Shown here piece after piece: positions 10,601-20,301 of a stretch of DNA of 64,000 bases. Within the stretch, counting starts at the first letter, position 1, and each line of letters begins with the position of its first letter. Source of the stretch: Phycisphaerae bacterium (GTDB lineage Bacteria > Planctomycetota > Phycisphaerae > UBA1845); assembly GCA_963666835.2 (NCBI GenBank), contig CAXXGO010000006.1:1472001-1536000 (forward strand), written 5' to 3'. Under the pieces are notes generated by a model that had not been told where the DNA came from, did no database searches, and saw only the letters and a list, made by a program, of their open reading frames with translations. Made by a program: the position numbers and the translations under genes.

Positions 10601-12533
10601 CAAACCGCAACAGCTCACCGCTGATTCCGCCATGGAGAGCGCCCCCAGTGCGTCGTTCGACGCGGCCGACCGGCTGGTCGTCGCATGCGATAAACGCGAC
10701 ATCCACCATGAGACCCGAACACTCTCCGTTGGCGGCGAGGATTTCGTGGTCGACAATGTTCCGGTCACCGGGCAAACCGACCTCTATGAACTTAGGCACG
10801 AGATCGGCACGGATCTGGCGATTGCCGCGGAAGACCTCAGTGTTCTTCCGGAAAACCCCAAGCCCGGCATCCTCGCCACCTTGACGGCCAAAGTGCGCAA
10901 CATCGCGGACTTGCCCGCTACCGATATCGACGTGGCCTTCTACGATGGGAATCCTGCCACAGGTGGAACGCTGATTGCGACCGGCACCTGCGCCGGCACC
11001 CTGGTCGGTGGAGACGTTTGCGAAGCAAGCGTCGGCTGGACCGTGCCGGCATCAACCAGCGGCCACACCGTCTACGTGGTGGTGGATCCGGATCAAGTCA
11101 CCGGCGACGAAGATCGCACCAACAACACGGCGATACTCGGGGTGATGATGCCGAACCTCACGGTTTCGAGCCTGTCTGGCGTTCCAGTTGCTCAGGATTG
11201 GCTGGTAACGGTGCACGTGGAGAATAACGGAGCCCTGCCCGTTGAAAACGCCGAAGTTGTGCTCCGCGACGGCGATGCAAGCGGAACCGTGCTGGATACC
11301 GCGACGATCGCAGAGCTCGCCCCCCGAAGTCGGCAGGCTTTGCTGCTGACGTGGTCGTCGGCCCCGCCCGGCAGACTTACCGCCTTCGCCACAGCCGACG
11401 CGACGGACACTATTGCAGAATTCGACGAAAGTGATAACACCGCCACCGTCCTTCTCGAACGCTTCTCCGGCTTCGGTCCCGATCCGGACCTCGACGGCGA
11501 CACCGACGTGGACTTGGACGACTACAGCGTATTCGCGCTGTGCCTGGCCGGTCCGAACGTTGTGGTTGCTCCGGCTCCCGTTACCGAAGAGCAGTTCAGA
11601 AACGCCGACCTGGATGAAGACGGTGACGTCGACCTGGCCGACTTTGCCGCGTTCGAGAACGTGTTCTCCGGGGCATCACTGTGGGGAGCCTGCTGCGGAA
11701 TGAACGGCGACGTCTGCAGTGAGGTCACCGCGGCAACCTGCACAGAAGGCGGCGGAACTTTCCAGGGCATCGGCACCGAGTGCGGGCCGGACACTTGCCC
11801 GTACCCCGGCGCGTGTTGTGATCCGGAGGACGGAACGTGCAGCGAAGTCACCGAGAGTGCGTGTGTGGCCGGTGGCGGTTCGTTCCAGGGTATCGGCGTT
11901 GCCTGTGCATCCGACGTATGCCCGTTCGGCCGGTACAGTAACGAGATCGAGTTCATTACCGGGTTCTTCGCGCAACACTCATACGGCGCTCTTGCTGACG
12001 ATCTGACCCTATCCGGAACCGGCGCGCGCAGATTGGTCTACTATGATCTGGCCGTCTACGGTGCCGGCGGCGGCGAATTCGATGTGACCGCGACTCTGTA
12101 TACGGACTGTCCCGGCAACGGAGGCACGGCGATTTCCGGCACGACCGCCACTTGGTATGATGTTCAGGACGACGGAAGACCCTATATCCTGCAGGCCACC
12201 ATCGTCAACTACGTGACAATCCCCGATAGCGTGTGGATGGTCGTGGACTTTTCCACCCCGGAGGCCGGCTGGATCATCGCGGAAGAAGCGGAACTGGGGT
12301 CGACGGCGGACGTGTTCGGCATCAATGTCCCACCCTGGGGCTGCAATTACTACCTGAGCGAAACGGTTTACGCCGGATTCTGGGCGAACCTCGATTGCGT
12401 GGCCGAAACGACCGCAAGACCGGCCACCGCCCAGGCCGTCGAACCAGCCGTCGGCACCATGGTCAAGATGGTGGAGCCGTTCGAAGAGGGCCTCGCCGGT
12501 TTGGAGGACGGTGACAATCCGAAGGCTCCGTAG
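7605..12533 (+). CDS. Very large secreted protein: carboxypeptidase-regulatory-like domain, WS-repeat beta region, two CARDB-like domains, dockerin-like domain, GACC repeats
   Basis: CARDB motifs 'VVVDPDQV..EDRTNNTA' and 'IAEFDESDNTA'; paired Ca-loops DLDGDTDVDLDDY / DLDEDGDVDLADF; ATG 7605 chosen over TTG 7500. Confidence 0.85.
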   Translation: MKQRAFRGTVAQASCLHTAAQLLLLMCAVLAIDSPVVADTYVVDFDGLPADYRLSGRDYAGLDWELGNNDGAWYVAGPPNNPHSGTKNIYNGYGSTLIGIGFPGPVDVLGAWFGQHGASGWASLGVRVHGFRGGVEVETTGWFRDVCGEATWFPISLYNVDRIVIESDPILQEIGIFGMDDLTYRDSEPGDLLAIVKDEDTGLALPGATVSVLGIEGETDWQGYALFSGILSGEVLAEASLDGYYSSEAWANVVPNSGTIAVIRLKPELTGSDPGIIEVRGRWFEPGRTTYFLHGISLEEPITTRVDWKNHTPGLLSWLTPWGVIDQPWIDPAVSRTFDMGMDFPPDGVLRVEGSSNDDPTVFTDRYLAGLKVVSEPTGFPELLVGHVPFADTLTYQGSFEVDVVKLGIDPAAIPEAIPGFGGRVLGFLAKSKLAAKMTGDGKAEAELELPEALGKWEVAGIEIDTKVSGKALWEYRRDEWLPGGEAVVGVEGKFQTQPSYTVFVVGPVPVPAYWRGSLGIAAEGALTLQGWAGPAEPSFLAALKLEPKVEFILGVGVADAVSAEGVLGGSLAWEFEAVPAWETKAVKLGLAGSLRITVLVFKYEQPLLNYEWSLYESPSRFEQQGDPAAQPVEPELMDRDYLGRGYAVFVGDGAAEQIRSLSGGTVEAPIQTNVFPESNPFLANLGTDLSLAWLYDDPSRAAVNRTEVVYSVWDGANWSAPAAIDDDGTADFHPKIAALPDGDAWATWMDVKQVLSADATVEDMLANLEIAVARYDSDSDVWSSPVVLTDNVHLDQSPRIATAANATAMLTWVSNTGDELQGTAAYPNDIYFSRHDGTSWSAPAAAVSGVPSVIKSAMSFDGTNSVIVYSADTDGDDATPDDRELYGLTFDGTTWSAATLLTDNEIEDANPQVMYDTSLPTPTPLVFWYRDGEIVMSTDLDLDVYDTVVSLGASSSGAADFHATRGADGRIALIWQDISTEGVDLWYVYYDPTSATWSKPQQLTADSAMESAPSASFDAADRLVVACDKRDIHHETRTLSVGGEDFVVDNVPVTGQTDLYELRHEIGTDLAIAAEDLSVLPENPKPGILATLTAKVRNIADLPATDIDVAFYDGNPATGGTLIATGTCAGTLVGGDVCEASVGWTVPASTSGHTVYVVVDPDQVTGDEDRTNNTAILGVMMPNLTVSSLSGVPVAQDWLVTVHVENNGALPVENAEVVLRDGDASGTVLDTATIAELAPRSRQALLLTWSSAPPGRLTAFATADATDTIAEFDESDNTATVLLERFSGFGPDPDLDGDTDVDLDDYSVFALCLAGPNVVVAPAPVTEEQFRNADLDEDGDVDLADFAAFENVFSGASLWGACCGMNGDVCSEVTAATCTEGGGTFQGIGTECGPDTCPYPGACCDPEDGTCSEVTESACVAGGGSFQGIGVACASDVCPFGRYSNEIEFITGFFAQHSYGALADDLTLSGTGARRLVYYDLAVYGAGGGEFDVTATLYTDCPGNGGTAISGTTATWYDVQDDGRPYILQATIVNYVTIPDSVWMVVDFSTPEAGWIIAEEAELGSTADVFGINVPPWGCNYYLSETVYAGFWANLDCVAETTARPATAQAVEPAVGTMVKMVEPFEEGLAGLEDGDNPKAP

Positions 12534-12859
12534 CGACGACAGACCGATGTGACATCACTCTTGCACTGTGACCTAACCGCCGTTCGATCGGAGATACAGC
12601 CTCACTATCCTCGCGCCGGGCTTATCGGGCGTTGGCTGATTGTCGTTGAGCGGGTCACCCGTTTCCGGTAGCATAGTCAGATACGGGGATCTCCTAAAGA
12701 GACCGGGCCAGCGGAGGGTGCGGAGCCCATTTCGGACAGATTCCCTGTTCACCGGTTTTCCGGAATCGGGAACCAATACGCCCGCCGGAAGACCGTGGTG
12801 CCAGGCATCCGCCACCCCGACGGAGACTGGCCGGGAAGTCTGTACCTGAGGTGTTCATC

Positions 12860-14719
12860 ATGAGTCGTATGCGTGCCCGAATCGCGATCGTAAGTACTGC
12901 GGTGGCCTTGACAGTCACTCAACTTCAAGGGAATCCGACGGTCAACTTCGGCGGCACGAGGGGTGCCGAGCTGGGTACCACCGCTGCCCCGGCTACATCC
13001 CCGTCAGCGCATGCGTCCGCTACCACCGTCGGCGCGGCGCTGGTGAACTCGATAAGGTCCGCCGCGGCCCGGGAGGACCTCGTACTGGATCTGGCCGACA
13101 TCGTGGGCGGGGGCGACGGAACCGGAACTGGTAGCAATCAGGGTATCGATCAGACCACCGGGGCGGTGGCTACCGAGCAGACTGAGTGGTTGAATCAGCC
13201 GAACAACGAAACCGCTTACTTGCCGGTGCCCGCGCTGTTGTTTGTGGACGGGGTATTCACTCCCGACGGCGGGGCTGGGGCGGTCCACCTTAACTCATCC
13301 GGCGACAGCTACACCGGCTTGACCGACACGACCCGGTCCTCCTGGGATTACCTGTGGAACGGAATCAACACGCTCGGCAGCTCCGTGTTGGACGGCGTCG
13401 ATTATGCCACCGCGGGGCATTCGCTGATCGGGTTCCACGTGAATAAGGGCGTTACCTTCGACTTATCGGCAATCGAAACCGCGAACCCCGGCAGGAACGT
13501 CACACGATTCACCGCGATGGTTGGTCTCGACGACACCGCCGACCCGGCCGTAGGTTCGGCCGACTTCTGGGTGTTCGAGGATGCGGTCTTGAAAGACAGC
13601 GCTTCGGGGATCACCGCGGCTGACGGAGCCACGGCGCTCGACATCCCCCTGAGTGACAGCGCGCGCTTCCTCACGCTGATCGCCACGGATGGGGGAGATC
13701 AGATTGACTTCGACAGCATGGTCTTCGGCGACCCCCGCCTGACCCTTAGCAGCACGACCGAACTGCCTGACGCGAACTTCGTGGGCGTGGACGTTATTCC
13801 CAACCCCGATACGCTGGTCGCGTTCAATCTCCGCCGCGCCGCGGAAGCTCGCCCCGACTTTCCGTTGACGGCGACCGTCGGAAACTACGTTCGCGGGATG
13901 GTGCTGGAGTCGCTGACCTCCGGATGGTATGTCACCTCGTCGAATTACGTCGGCGGCCTGGTCGGGATCTGGCGTTTGGAGGATGGCTACTCGTCCCAGA
14001 TCGGAGTCTTGCCGTTCGACACGACCTCCTTCGTCGGAATGAGCTACAGCCACCTGAAGGACCATCTCTGGTGCGCGATTGACCCGGACGAGACGTTCGT
14101 ACCCGGAGAAGACCCCTTCCAGGACGGTCCTGAACCGCTCACCCTGTACCGGATCGACTTCAACGGCGACTTCACGGAACAGGTTCCGCTGTGGATACCG
14201 GGTGACGATGACGTGTCAATAAACGGCTTGGCCATGGACTTCAGTACGGGAGTGCTTTACGGCGTCGATACCGAGTCGGACGCCTTGATGATCATTAACC
14301 CGGCTACCGGAGAGTGCGCGGCCGTCGGAACCGGGCTGGGCTTCGACGGACACGGCATTGGCGGGCTCGACTTCACCATGGACGGATCCACCCTCGTGCT
14401 GGTCACCAACGCCAACCCGTTCATCGGGAGTGAGGTGCGGATCGTCGACCGCGTGACCGGATTGGCCGGCGAGGTGGTCGCGCTACTGCCGTTTGCCGCA
14501 AGCTCGATCGCCGCAGTAGGTCAAGAGCCGCCGACCCCCGGCGACTTCGACGAAGACCAGGACGCCGATTTGGATGACTACGCGATATTAGCCGACTGCA
14601 TTACCGGCCCGGCGTGGCACGAAGGCACACCGGCGGAGTGCGACATCGTGGACCTGGACCACGACGACGACGTCGACCTGCACGACATCGCCGGCTTCCA
14701 ACGCGCCCTGACGGACTAA
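12860..14719 (+). CDS. Secreted protein with NPCBM-like carbohydrate-binding module, beta-propeller region and C-terminal dockerin-like domain
   Basis: 'RFTAMVGLDD...GSADFWVF...LTLIATDGGD...FGDPRL' is NPCBM-like; GDFDEDQDADLDDY / DLDHDDDVDLHDI; GAGG SD. Confidence 0.8.
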   Translation: MSRMRARIAIVSTAVALTVTQLQGNPTVNFGGTRGAELGTTAAPATSPSAHASATTVGAALVNSIRSAAAREDLVLDLADIVGGGDGTGTGSNQGIDQTTGAVATEQTEWLNQPNNETAYLPVPALLFVDGVFTPDGGAGAVHLNSSGDSYTGLTDTTRSSWDYLWNGINTLGSSVLDGVDYATAGHSLIGFHVNKGVTFDLSAIETANPGRNVTRFTAMVGLDDTADPAVGSADFWVFEDAVLKDSASGITAADGATALDIPLSDSARFLTLIATDGGDQIDFDSMVFGDPRLTLSSTTELPDANFVGVDVIPNPDTLVAFNLRRAAEARPDFPLTATVGNYVRGMVLESLTSGWYVTSSNYVGGLVGIWRLEDGYSSQIGVLPFDTTSFVGMSYSHLKDHLWCAIDPDETFVPGEDPFQDGPEPLTLYRIDFNGDFTEQVPLWIPGDDDVSINGLAMDFSTGVLYGVDTESDALMIINPATGECAAVGTGLGFDGHGIGGLDFTMDGSTLVLVTNANPFIGSEVRIVDRVTGLAGEVVALLPFAASSIAAVGQEPPTPGDFDEDQDADLDDYAILADCITGPAWHEGTPAECDIVDLDHDDDVDLHDIAGFQRALTD

Positions 14720-14767
14720 CGCCGTAGACCGACATCAAGGCCCAAAACACGGCGATTATCACCACAC

Positions 14768-15241
14768 CACGGGCCAACATGTTGGCCCATCCACCCTGAC
14801 GGCACATTTGTACGGCAGGTCGAGGGACGAGACCTGCCGCACGTAACGCAGGCATCCTGCCTGCAGTGTGACGCAAAACACGCAGGACGACGCTTACGCG
14901 CCTTCGGAACGGATTGTCGTGTGGTTGCCTGATGATATTAGGCCTTCGCGCGATATGCGTTGTCGCGGCAGGTCTCGTGCCTCGACCATGCCCTACCGGC
15001 TGCTCAAGAGCAGGCTTCACGGCAGGTCTCGTGCCTCGACCATGCCCTACCGGCTGCTCAAGAGCAGGCTTCGCGGCAGGTCTCGTGCCTCGACCGTGCC
15101 CTACCGGCTGCTCAAGAGCAGGCTTCGCGGCAGGTCTCGTACCTCGACCGTGCCCTACGAGGGAGGCCACCTGGGTGGCATGGGTCAACTTGTTGAGCCG
15201 TGGAAGTGCGGCGGCAGGTCTCGTGCCTCGACCTGCCCTAC
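14768..15241. repeat. REP cluster including a 54-bp tandem array (3 full + 1 partial units, 14965-15158)
   Basis: Six copies of GTAG-GGCAGGTC-GAGGCACGA-GACCTGCC-GC or its reverse complement at 14810, 14965, 15019, 15073, 15127, 15211. Confidence 0.9.
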
Positions 15242-15298
15242 AGCGGATGGCAACACCGTGTCATACGCGCGCTACGATTCCGCGCTGTTCAAGAGCGG

Positions 15299-17200
15299 TC
15301 ACCGCGGCTTGATCGGGCGGCGCTGCTCGGGGATGGCGATCTCCTCTTCACCGCGAAGGTACTTTCCGGTGATCGAGTGTTTCGACGCTTTGATCTTGTC
15401 GATCGTGCCGTGGGCGACGACTTTCCCGCCGCGATACCCCGGCCCGGGTCCGAAGTCGACGATCTCGTCCGCGGCTTGCATGGTCTGCTCATCGTGTTCG
15501 ACGACAATTACCGTATTGCCCATGTCACGTAGGCGGCACAAAGAATCGAGCAGTCTGCTGTTGTCCCGGGCGTGCAGGCCGATACTGGGTTCGTCCAGAA
15601 TGTACAATACGCCGACCAACCCCGCGCCGATTTGGCTAGCCAAGCGAATCCGTTGCGATTCCCCGCCGGAGAGCGTCGGCGCCGTACGCGCCAGCGTGAG
15701 ATACTCCAAACCCACATCGCACAGAAACGCCAGACGGCCGCGAATCTCCTTGAGGACTTCTTCGGCAATAAACTGCTCGGTGGCTGTGAGTTTGAGGTCG
15801 GCGAAGAATTCAGCCACTTCCCGGATCGAGCCGGCGCACACCTCGTTGATGTTAAGCCCGCCGACGCGAACCGCCTGGGCCTGAGCGTTGAGCCGGCCGC
15901 CGCGGCAATCGGGGCACGAGGCCTTGCGCATGTACTTCTCATAGTAGGCCCGGACGAAGTTCGACTTGGCCTTGCGGTGCTTATCGCGGAGCTCGGAGAT
16001 GACGCCCGGGAACGTCCCGCCGTGCCGCCAGACTCCGCGAGACCACCGCCACTCGAAGGTGACGTGCGTATCACCCAAACCGTAAAGCAGCGCCCGCCGA
16101 GCTTTCTCCGGGAGCTTGCCCCACGGTGTTTTGAGATCGAATCCCACGTGCGCCGCTACACCGCGGTATAAGTGCCGCCGCCATTTGCCGATTCGCGTCC
16201 GCATCGGCTCGATGGCCAGATTGAGAAACGACTTGCGAGGGTCGGGTACCAGCAGGTCGGGGTCGAAGTCATAGGCGGTACCCATTCCATCGCAGGTCAG
16301 GCACATTCCGGTCGGCGAGTTGAAGCTAAAGAGCTGCGGCGACGGCGCTTCGAAACTGATCCCGCAATCCGGGCAGGCGTAGTGCGCCGACAGCAACAGA
16401 TCGTTCGACCGCTCGCTCCTCGGCTTGGCTCGGCGAACCCGTCCGGATCCCGGCGGGGACGGGTTCGACACGGCTCCGTCGGAGACCGTTTGGATGATAA
16501 CGGTCCCGTCACCTAACCGCAGGGCGTTCTCCACGGCCTCCGCCAGTCGGGGGCGGGCCGTTGGGGATACCGTTAGCCGATCGATGACGACTTCTATGTT
16601 GTGGCGGATCTGCCGAGCCAGGGCCGGGGCGTCGGCCAGCGTGACAATCTCGCCATCGACGCGGGCTCGGGCATAGCCCTGCTTAGCCATGTCTTCGAAG
16701 AGGTCCCGGTATTCACCTTTCTGACCGCGCACCACGGGGGCGAGGACGAGTACCCTCGTGTCCGTCGGCAGCTCGGAGATTCGCGCGATAATCTGCTCAC
16801 GGGTCTGGGCGCTGATGGGCTTGGCGCATTGTGGACAGTGCTGACGGCCGACCCGGGCGAACAGCACCCGCAGATAGTCTTGAATCTGTGTGATAGTGCC
16901 GACGGTACTGCGCGGGTTCCACCCGCTGGACTTCTGTTGAATCGAGATTGCCGGGCTCAGCCCGGTGATCTGGTCGACGTCGGGCTTGGCGAGTTGCCCG
17001 AGAAACTGGCGGGCGTACGAGCTTAGAGACTCGAGGTAGCGGCGTTGCCCTTCGGCGAAGAGAGTGTCGAAGGCGAAGCTGCTCTTTCCACTACCGGATA
17101 CGCCGGTGAAGCAGACCAGTTTTCCTCGCGGCAAGCGCAGCGATACATCGCAGAGGTTGTGCTCGCGAGCACCTTTAACTGTGATCGTTCGAGGTTCCAT
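15299..17200 (-). CDS. uvrA: UvrA excinuclease subunit A, N-terminal half only (633 aa; truncated or split gene)
   Basis: GAREHNL, GVSGSGKS, Zn fingers, LSGGE, LDEPSIGLH, VEHDE; stops at the interdomain linker before the second ABC domain. Confidence 0.9.
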   Translation of the reverse strand: MEPRTITVKGAREHNLCDVSLRLPRGKLVCFTGVSGSGKSSFAFDTLFAEGQRRYLESLSSYARQFLGQLAKPDVDQITGLSPAISIQQKSSGWNPRSTVGTITQIQDYLRVLFARVGRQHCPQCAKPISAQTREQIIARISELPTDTRVLVLAPVVRGQKGEYRDLFEDMAKQGYARARVDGEIVTLADAPALARQIRHNIEVVIDRLTVSPTARPRLAEAVENALRLGDGTVIIQTVSDGAVSNPSPPGSGRVRRAKPRSERSNDLLLSAHYACPDCGISFEAPSPQLFSFNSPTGMCLTCDGMGTAYDFDPDLLVPDPRKSFLNLAIEPMRTRIGKWRRHLYRGVAAHVGFDLKTPWGKLPEKARRALLYGLGDTHVTFEWRWSRGVWRHGGTFPGVISELRDKHRKAKSNFVRAYYEKYMRKASCPDCRGGRLNAQAQAVRVGGLNINEVCAGSIREVAEFFADLKLTATEQFIAEEVLKEIRGRLAFLCDVGLEYLTLARTAPTLSGGESQRIRLASQIGAGLVGVLYILDEPSIGLHARDNSRLLDSLCRLRDMGNTVIVVEHDEQTMQAADEIVDFGPGPGYRGGKVVAHGTIDKIKASKHSITGKYLRGEEEIAIPEQRRPIKPR

Positions 17201-17282
17201 GGGCGGGTGACACCTGGCCGCCGTCACGCGCCGAGCCGCTTTGCCAAGCACTCGCGCGGTGCCGACCGTGGACGAAGAGCGC

Positions 17283-17921
17283 TCAGTTCGGTGCCGGTTG
17301 GCTTTCGCCGACGGGGCGTATTCCGAGGGTACGCCGGTCCGGAGTGAATCCGAGGTTCAGGACTCGCCAGCACCCGTCTTCTTGAGTCAATCGGATTACG
17401 AGGATGACTCCGGCGTTCGGATCTTCGTCAGGGGATTGCAGGGTCATAAACACCGCGCACTCTGTTGCGGTGTTGGAATCCCCACCCGGGCTTAGCGCCC
17501 GACGGACAAACCGGGCCGCGGCTTCCTCCCACTCCGTTTCAAAATCACCAGCATAGTGCGAGACTACCGGTGTCCAATGGTGAACCTGCCGGTAGACGGC
17601 CTCTCGTCGGTCGGCGTCGGTCTTCCCCGCCCCCGCGAGGCTTTCGGCAGCAGATACATCAAGCAACTTGTCGATAGCGGCATCGCGCGCCTGCTTGGTT
17701 TCGGCGAGAGCGTCGTCCCGAATAGCCCGCAGCAACACATACGCAACCTGTTCCGGCGAGGCGTTCTGGTCGAGAGTCACTCCGTAGTACTCGACCGTGC
17801 CGGTGTTGAGGTCTCGCATAGTGTGTCCGGCCAGGCGCACGTCGCGGTCGCACGCACCAAGCCCGCCAAAGGTCCCGAGCAGAGCGGCGGCTAAGAAAGA
17901 TCTTCGACTTCTGGTAGACAT
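17283..17921 (-). CDS. Hypothetical Tat-type lipoprotein
   Basis: SRRSFL twin-arginine motif, hydrophobic stretch, LGAC lipobox. Confidence 0.7.
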   Translation of the reverse strand: MSTRSRRSFLAAALLGTFGGLGACDRDVRLAGHTMRDLNTGTVEYYGVTLDQNASPEQVAYVLLRAIRDDALAETKQARDAAIDKLLDVSAAESLAGAGKTDADRREAVYRQVHHWTPVVSHYAGDFETEWEEAAARFVRRALSPGGDSNTATECAVFMTLQSPDEDPNAGVILVIRLTQEDGCWRVLNLGFTPDRRTLGIRPVGESQPAPN

Positions 17922-18028
17922 TATCGAGCGAGTTTACCCGCGGAGCCGGACTATGCCAATACTGCAGCTCTCTTGTTTCGACCCATCCCGATCGTTACAC
18001 TCTGGCTGATTGACAGGTAGGAGGGATC

Positions 18029-18541
18029 ATGGCCGAGCAAAGCAACAATCTCTGGGCTCCGTGGCGGATGGAGTACATCCGCTCGTTCAGTGATGAAGCC
18101 AAGGAGGAGGGCTGTTTCCTCTGCCGCTACTTCGAACAGACGGATCGGGATCGGGATAATCACGTGATCTGGCGCGGTCAGTCAGCCTTCGTAGTTATGA
18201 ACCGGTTCCCGTACACCAACGGTCATCTGCTGGTCGCGCTTGCGGATCACAAGGGTGACCTGACGGACTTGACTGATGACGAAATGATGGAGATGTCTCG
18301 TCTTACGCGCCACAGCGTGCGAGTGCTCCGAGAGCGCGTCAACCCGGATGGCTTCAATGTGGGATACAACATCGGGCGATGCGCCGGGGCAGGTTTGCCG
18401 GGCCACCTTCACCTGCACGTCGTTCCGCGCTGGTCCGGCGACACGAATTTTATGCCGGTCATCGGCGATGTTCGGGTTATGCCCGACGCGCTCGATACCC
18501 TCTATGCGGAACTCATGGCGGCGGGGCCGCCGCCCGAGTGA
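18029..18541 (+). CDS. HIT family nucleotide hydrolase
   Basis: LWAPWRMEYI, CFLC, NRFPYTNGHLL, HLHLHVVPRW triad. Confidence 0.93.
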   Translation: MAEQSNNLWAPWRMEYIRSFSDEAKEEGCFLCRYFEQTDRDRDNHVIWRGQSAFVVMNRFPYTNGHLLVALADHKGDLTDLTDDEMMEMSRLTRHSVRVLRERVNPDGFNVGYNIGRCAGAGLPGHLHLHVVPRWSGDTNFMPVIGDVRVMPDALDTLYAELMAAGPPPE

Positions 18542-18582
18542 TTGCGCGCGTTTACTTACTTGAGCACCTCAACACGACGGCT

Positions 18583-19149
18583 TCAGGGAGCCGAGCCGGG
18601 CACGGTAATGCCGAGGCGTTCCGAGAGCTCGGCAAGGATCTGTCGCTCGGCGCGTTTGTCTCGACGGATAGTCTGCCAGACGGTGTTCTGCCGGCTGGTA
18701 GTGGCCGCCTCGCGTTCTATTGGCGTATCGTTGGGGGTGTCCCTTCCTACCCGATCTCCGGCTACCATGCGATGTGTGTGTGTAGTCTGCTCTTGAATGA
18801 GAACTCGACAATACACGGTGACCAAGCCGTCGGAGTCGTCTACGCGGAGCTCCGCGTAGCGCCGCGTGTGGCTGCGCGAGCTGATCCCCAGAGACCGACG
18901 GGAGGGCTCATCGCCCCGGACGTCCAGAATCGGCGCGGTCGTTAACACCCCGGCGTTGGCGTCGTAGTGGTCGATCTGCCATCCATTATCCTGCAAGACG
19001 ATTGCGCCGGCGGCGAAGGCGGATGGCCCTTCGATTTCCGGCAGCCGTTGTACGGCGAACCCGGCGTTGGGCTGCGGAGCAGCGCAGCCGCCAAGCAGGA
19101 GCAACCCAACACCGCACGCAGATAGGACTAATGATCGTTGTATAGGCAT
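18583..19149 (-). CDS. Hypothetical lipoprotein
   Basis: Signal peptide with LGGC lipobox; fills the gap between neighbours. Confidence 0.7.
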   Translation of the reverse strand: MPIQRSLVLSACGVGLLLLGGCAAPQPNAGFAVQRLPEIEGPSAFAAGAIVLQDNGWQIDHYDANAGVLTTAPILDVRGDEPSRRSLGISSRSHTRRYAELRVDDSDGLVTVYCRVLIQEQTTHTHRMVAGDRVGRDTPNDTPIEREAATTSRQNTVWQTIRRDKRAERQILAELSERLGITVPGSAP

Positions 19150-19280
19150 GCGAGTATTATCGAACGACCTGCGCGAGCGTGCAAGAGGGCGGATCTTGGT
19201 TGTCCGGTCCGAGCCGGTTAGACTCCCGCACAGTTGTCCTGCGCAGGGAGCATCGACCAGCGCGCCAGGCGGATCGAGTT

Positions 19281-19826
19281 ATGGAACACAACACCACAGA
19301 ACGGCACTACCGCCGGTTGGTTCTGCTGGCAAACGTGATAGCGCCGGGGGCGGGTCTGGTCATACTACGCCGCGAGTGGCTCGGCGTGAGTCTTGCGATT
19401 CTCTGCACGCTCTTTCTTCAGGTGGCGTTGTGGGGCTTTTTCATACTGCCGGCCAGTATCCCCTGGGCGGTTTCCGTCCTAGCCGCAGTGGCGGGGGCCG
19501 GCACGTGGGCGGCGGCCCAGTGGCTGGGTTGGGTCCGAGCCTGCACCGTTCTGGGTGAGGAGGCCAGGCAAGGTCTGGCGCTGCTGCGAGACCGCGCGCT
19601 TCGCGCAATGGAGGATGGGCGTTTCTCGGAAGCGCGAGAGCTGCTCCAGATCGCTCTGGCGATGAACGATGAGGATCTTGAGGTGCATGTTCTGTGGGCT
19701 CGGCTGCTCACCCTGACTGGGAAGTTCGACGAGGCGCGGCCGGCTTGGGAGAGGGTAATCCGTCTTGATGAAGACGGCGTCTATCGGGTTGAGGCGGTTG
19801 AAGCGGTAGATCACTTTCCCGATTGA
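19281..19826 (+). CDS. Membrane protein with C-terminal TPR repeats
   Basis: Three hydrophobic segments, then TPR-like 'GRFSEARELLQIAL', 'GKFDEARPAWERVI'. Confidence 0.7.
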   Translation: MEHNTTERHYRRLVLLANVIAPGAGLVILRREWLGVSLAILCTLFLQVALWGFFILPASIPWAVSVLAAVAGAGTWAAAQWLGWVRACTVLGEEARQGLALLRDRALRAMEDGRFSEARELLQIALAMNDEDLEVHVLWARLLTLTGKFDEARPAWERVIRLDEDGVYRVEAVEAVDHFPD

Positions 19827-19864
19827 CGATCTTCGCGGCCGTGGAGAAAGGCCTGCGAGAGGAT

Positions 19865-20203
19865 CTATTGCTCGGAGATCTGGACGCCGGCCAAGCCGGT
19901 TGCGACGCTGTCTGAGAACTCGAATACCTTGTCGAGTCCCGTTACCAGAAACAGGCCCCAGACATTGTTGTTGATCTCGCAGAGCACCAGTTTGCGCCGA
20001 AGGTTGAGTAGCTTCTTACGCAGTTTGAGCAGCTTTGCAATGTTGGAGGAGTTCAGATACGTGACGCCGGAGAAGTCGAGGACGACGGAGAGGTCTTGCT
20101 CCTTGTCAAGCCGATCAAGCAGAGAGGACAGGTCGTCGGTGAACCCCGGGTCGTCTTGGAGCTCCACTTTGAGGATCTTGTCGGACCAATTCTCGATTGT
20201 CAC
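19865..20203 (-). CDS. STAS domain anti-anti-sigma factor
   Basis: VVLDFSGVTYLNSS, LFLVTGLDKVF motifs. Confidence 0.9.
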   Translation of the reverse strand: MTIENWSDKILKVELQDDPGFTDDLSSLLDRLDKEQDLSVVLDFSGVTYLNSSNIAKLLKLRKKLLNLRRKLVLCEINNNVWGLFLVTGLDKVFEFSDSVATGLAGVQISEQ

Positions 20204-20301
20204 GGCCGGACTCCGGTTTTAGCACTTCATGGGGACCGTAGCGGGCAGGCAGGCGACTGTCAATCCGGTCGATGGAAAGACGAGCGCAACCGTGCCACGA
20301 A

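Noticed and set aside
14965..15158. CRISPR-like repeat/spacer periodicity
   Set aside because: The spacers are identical, the repeat is a dispersed REP, and there are no cas genes in the window.
15299..15301. uvrA TGA as a read-through codon
   Set aside because: The frame closes with TAG after 8 codons and shows no UvrA-like sequence.
14601..15884. ORFs with repetitive peptides over the REP cluster and antisense to uvrA
   Set aside because: Translations of DNA repeats or shadow frames.
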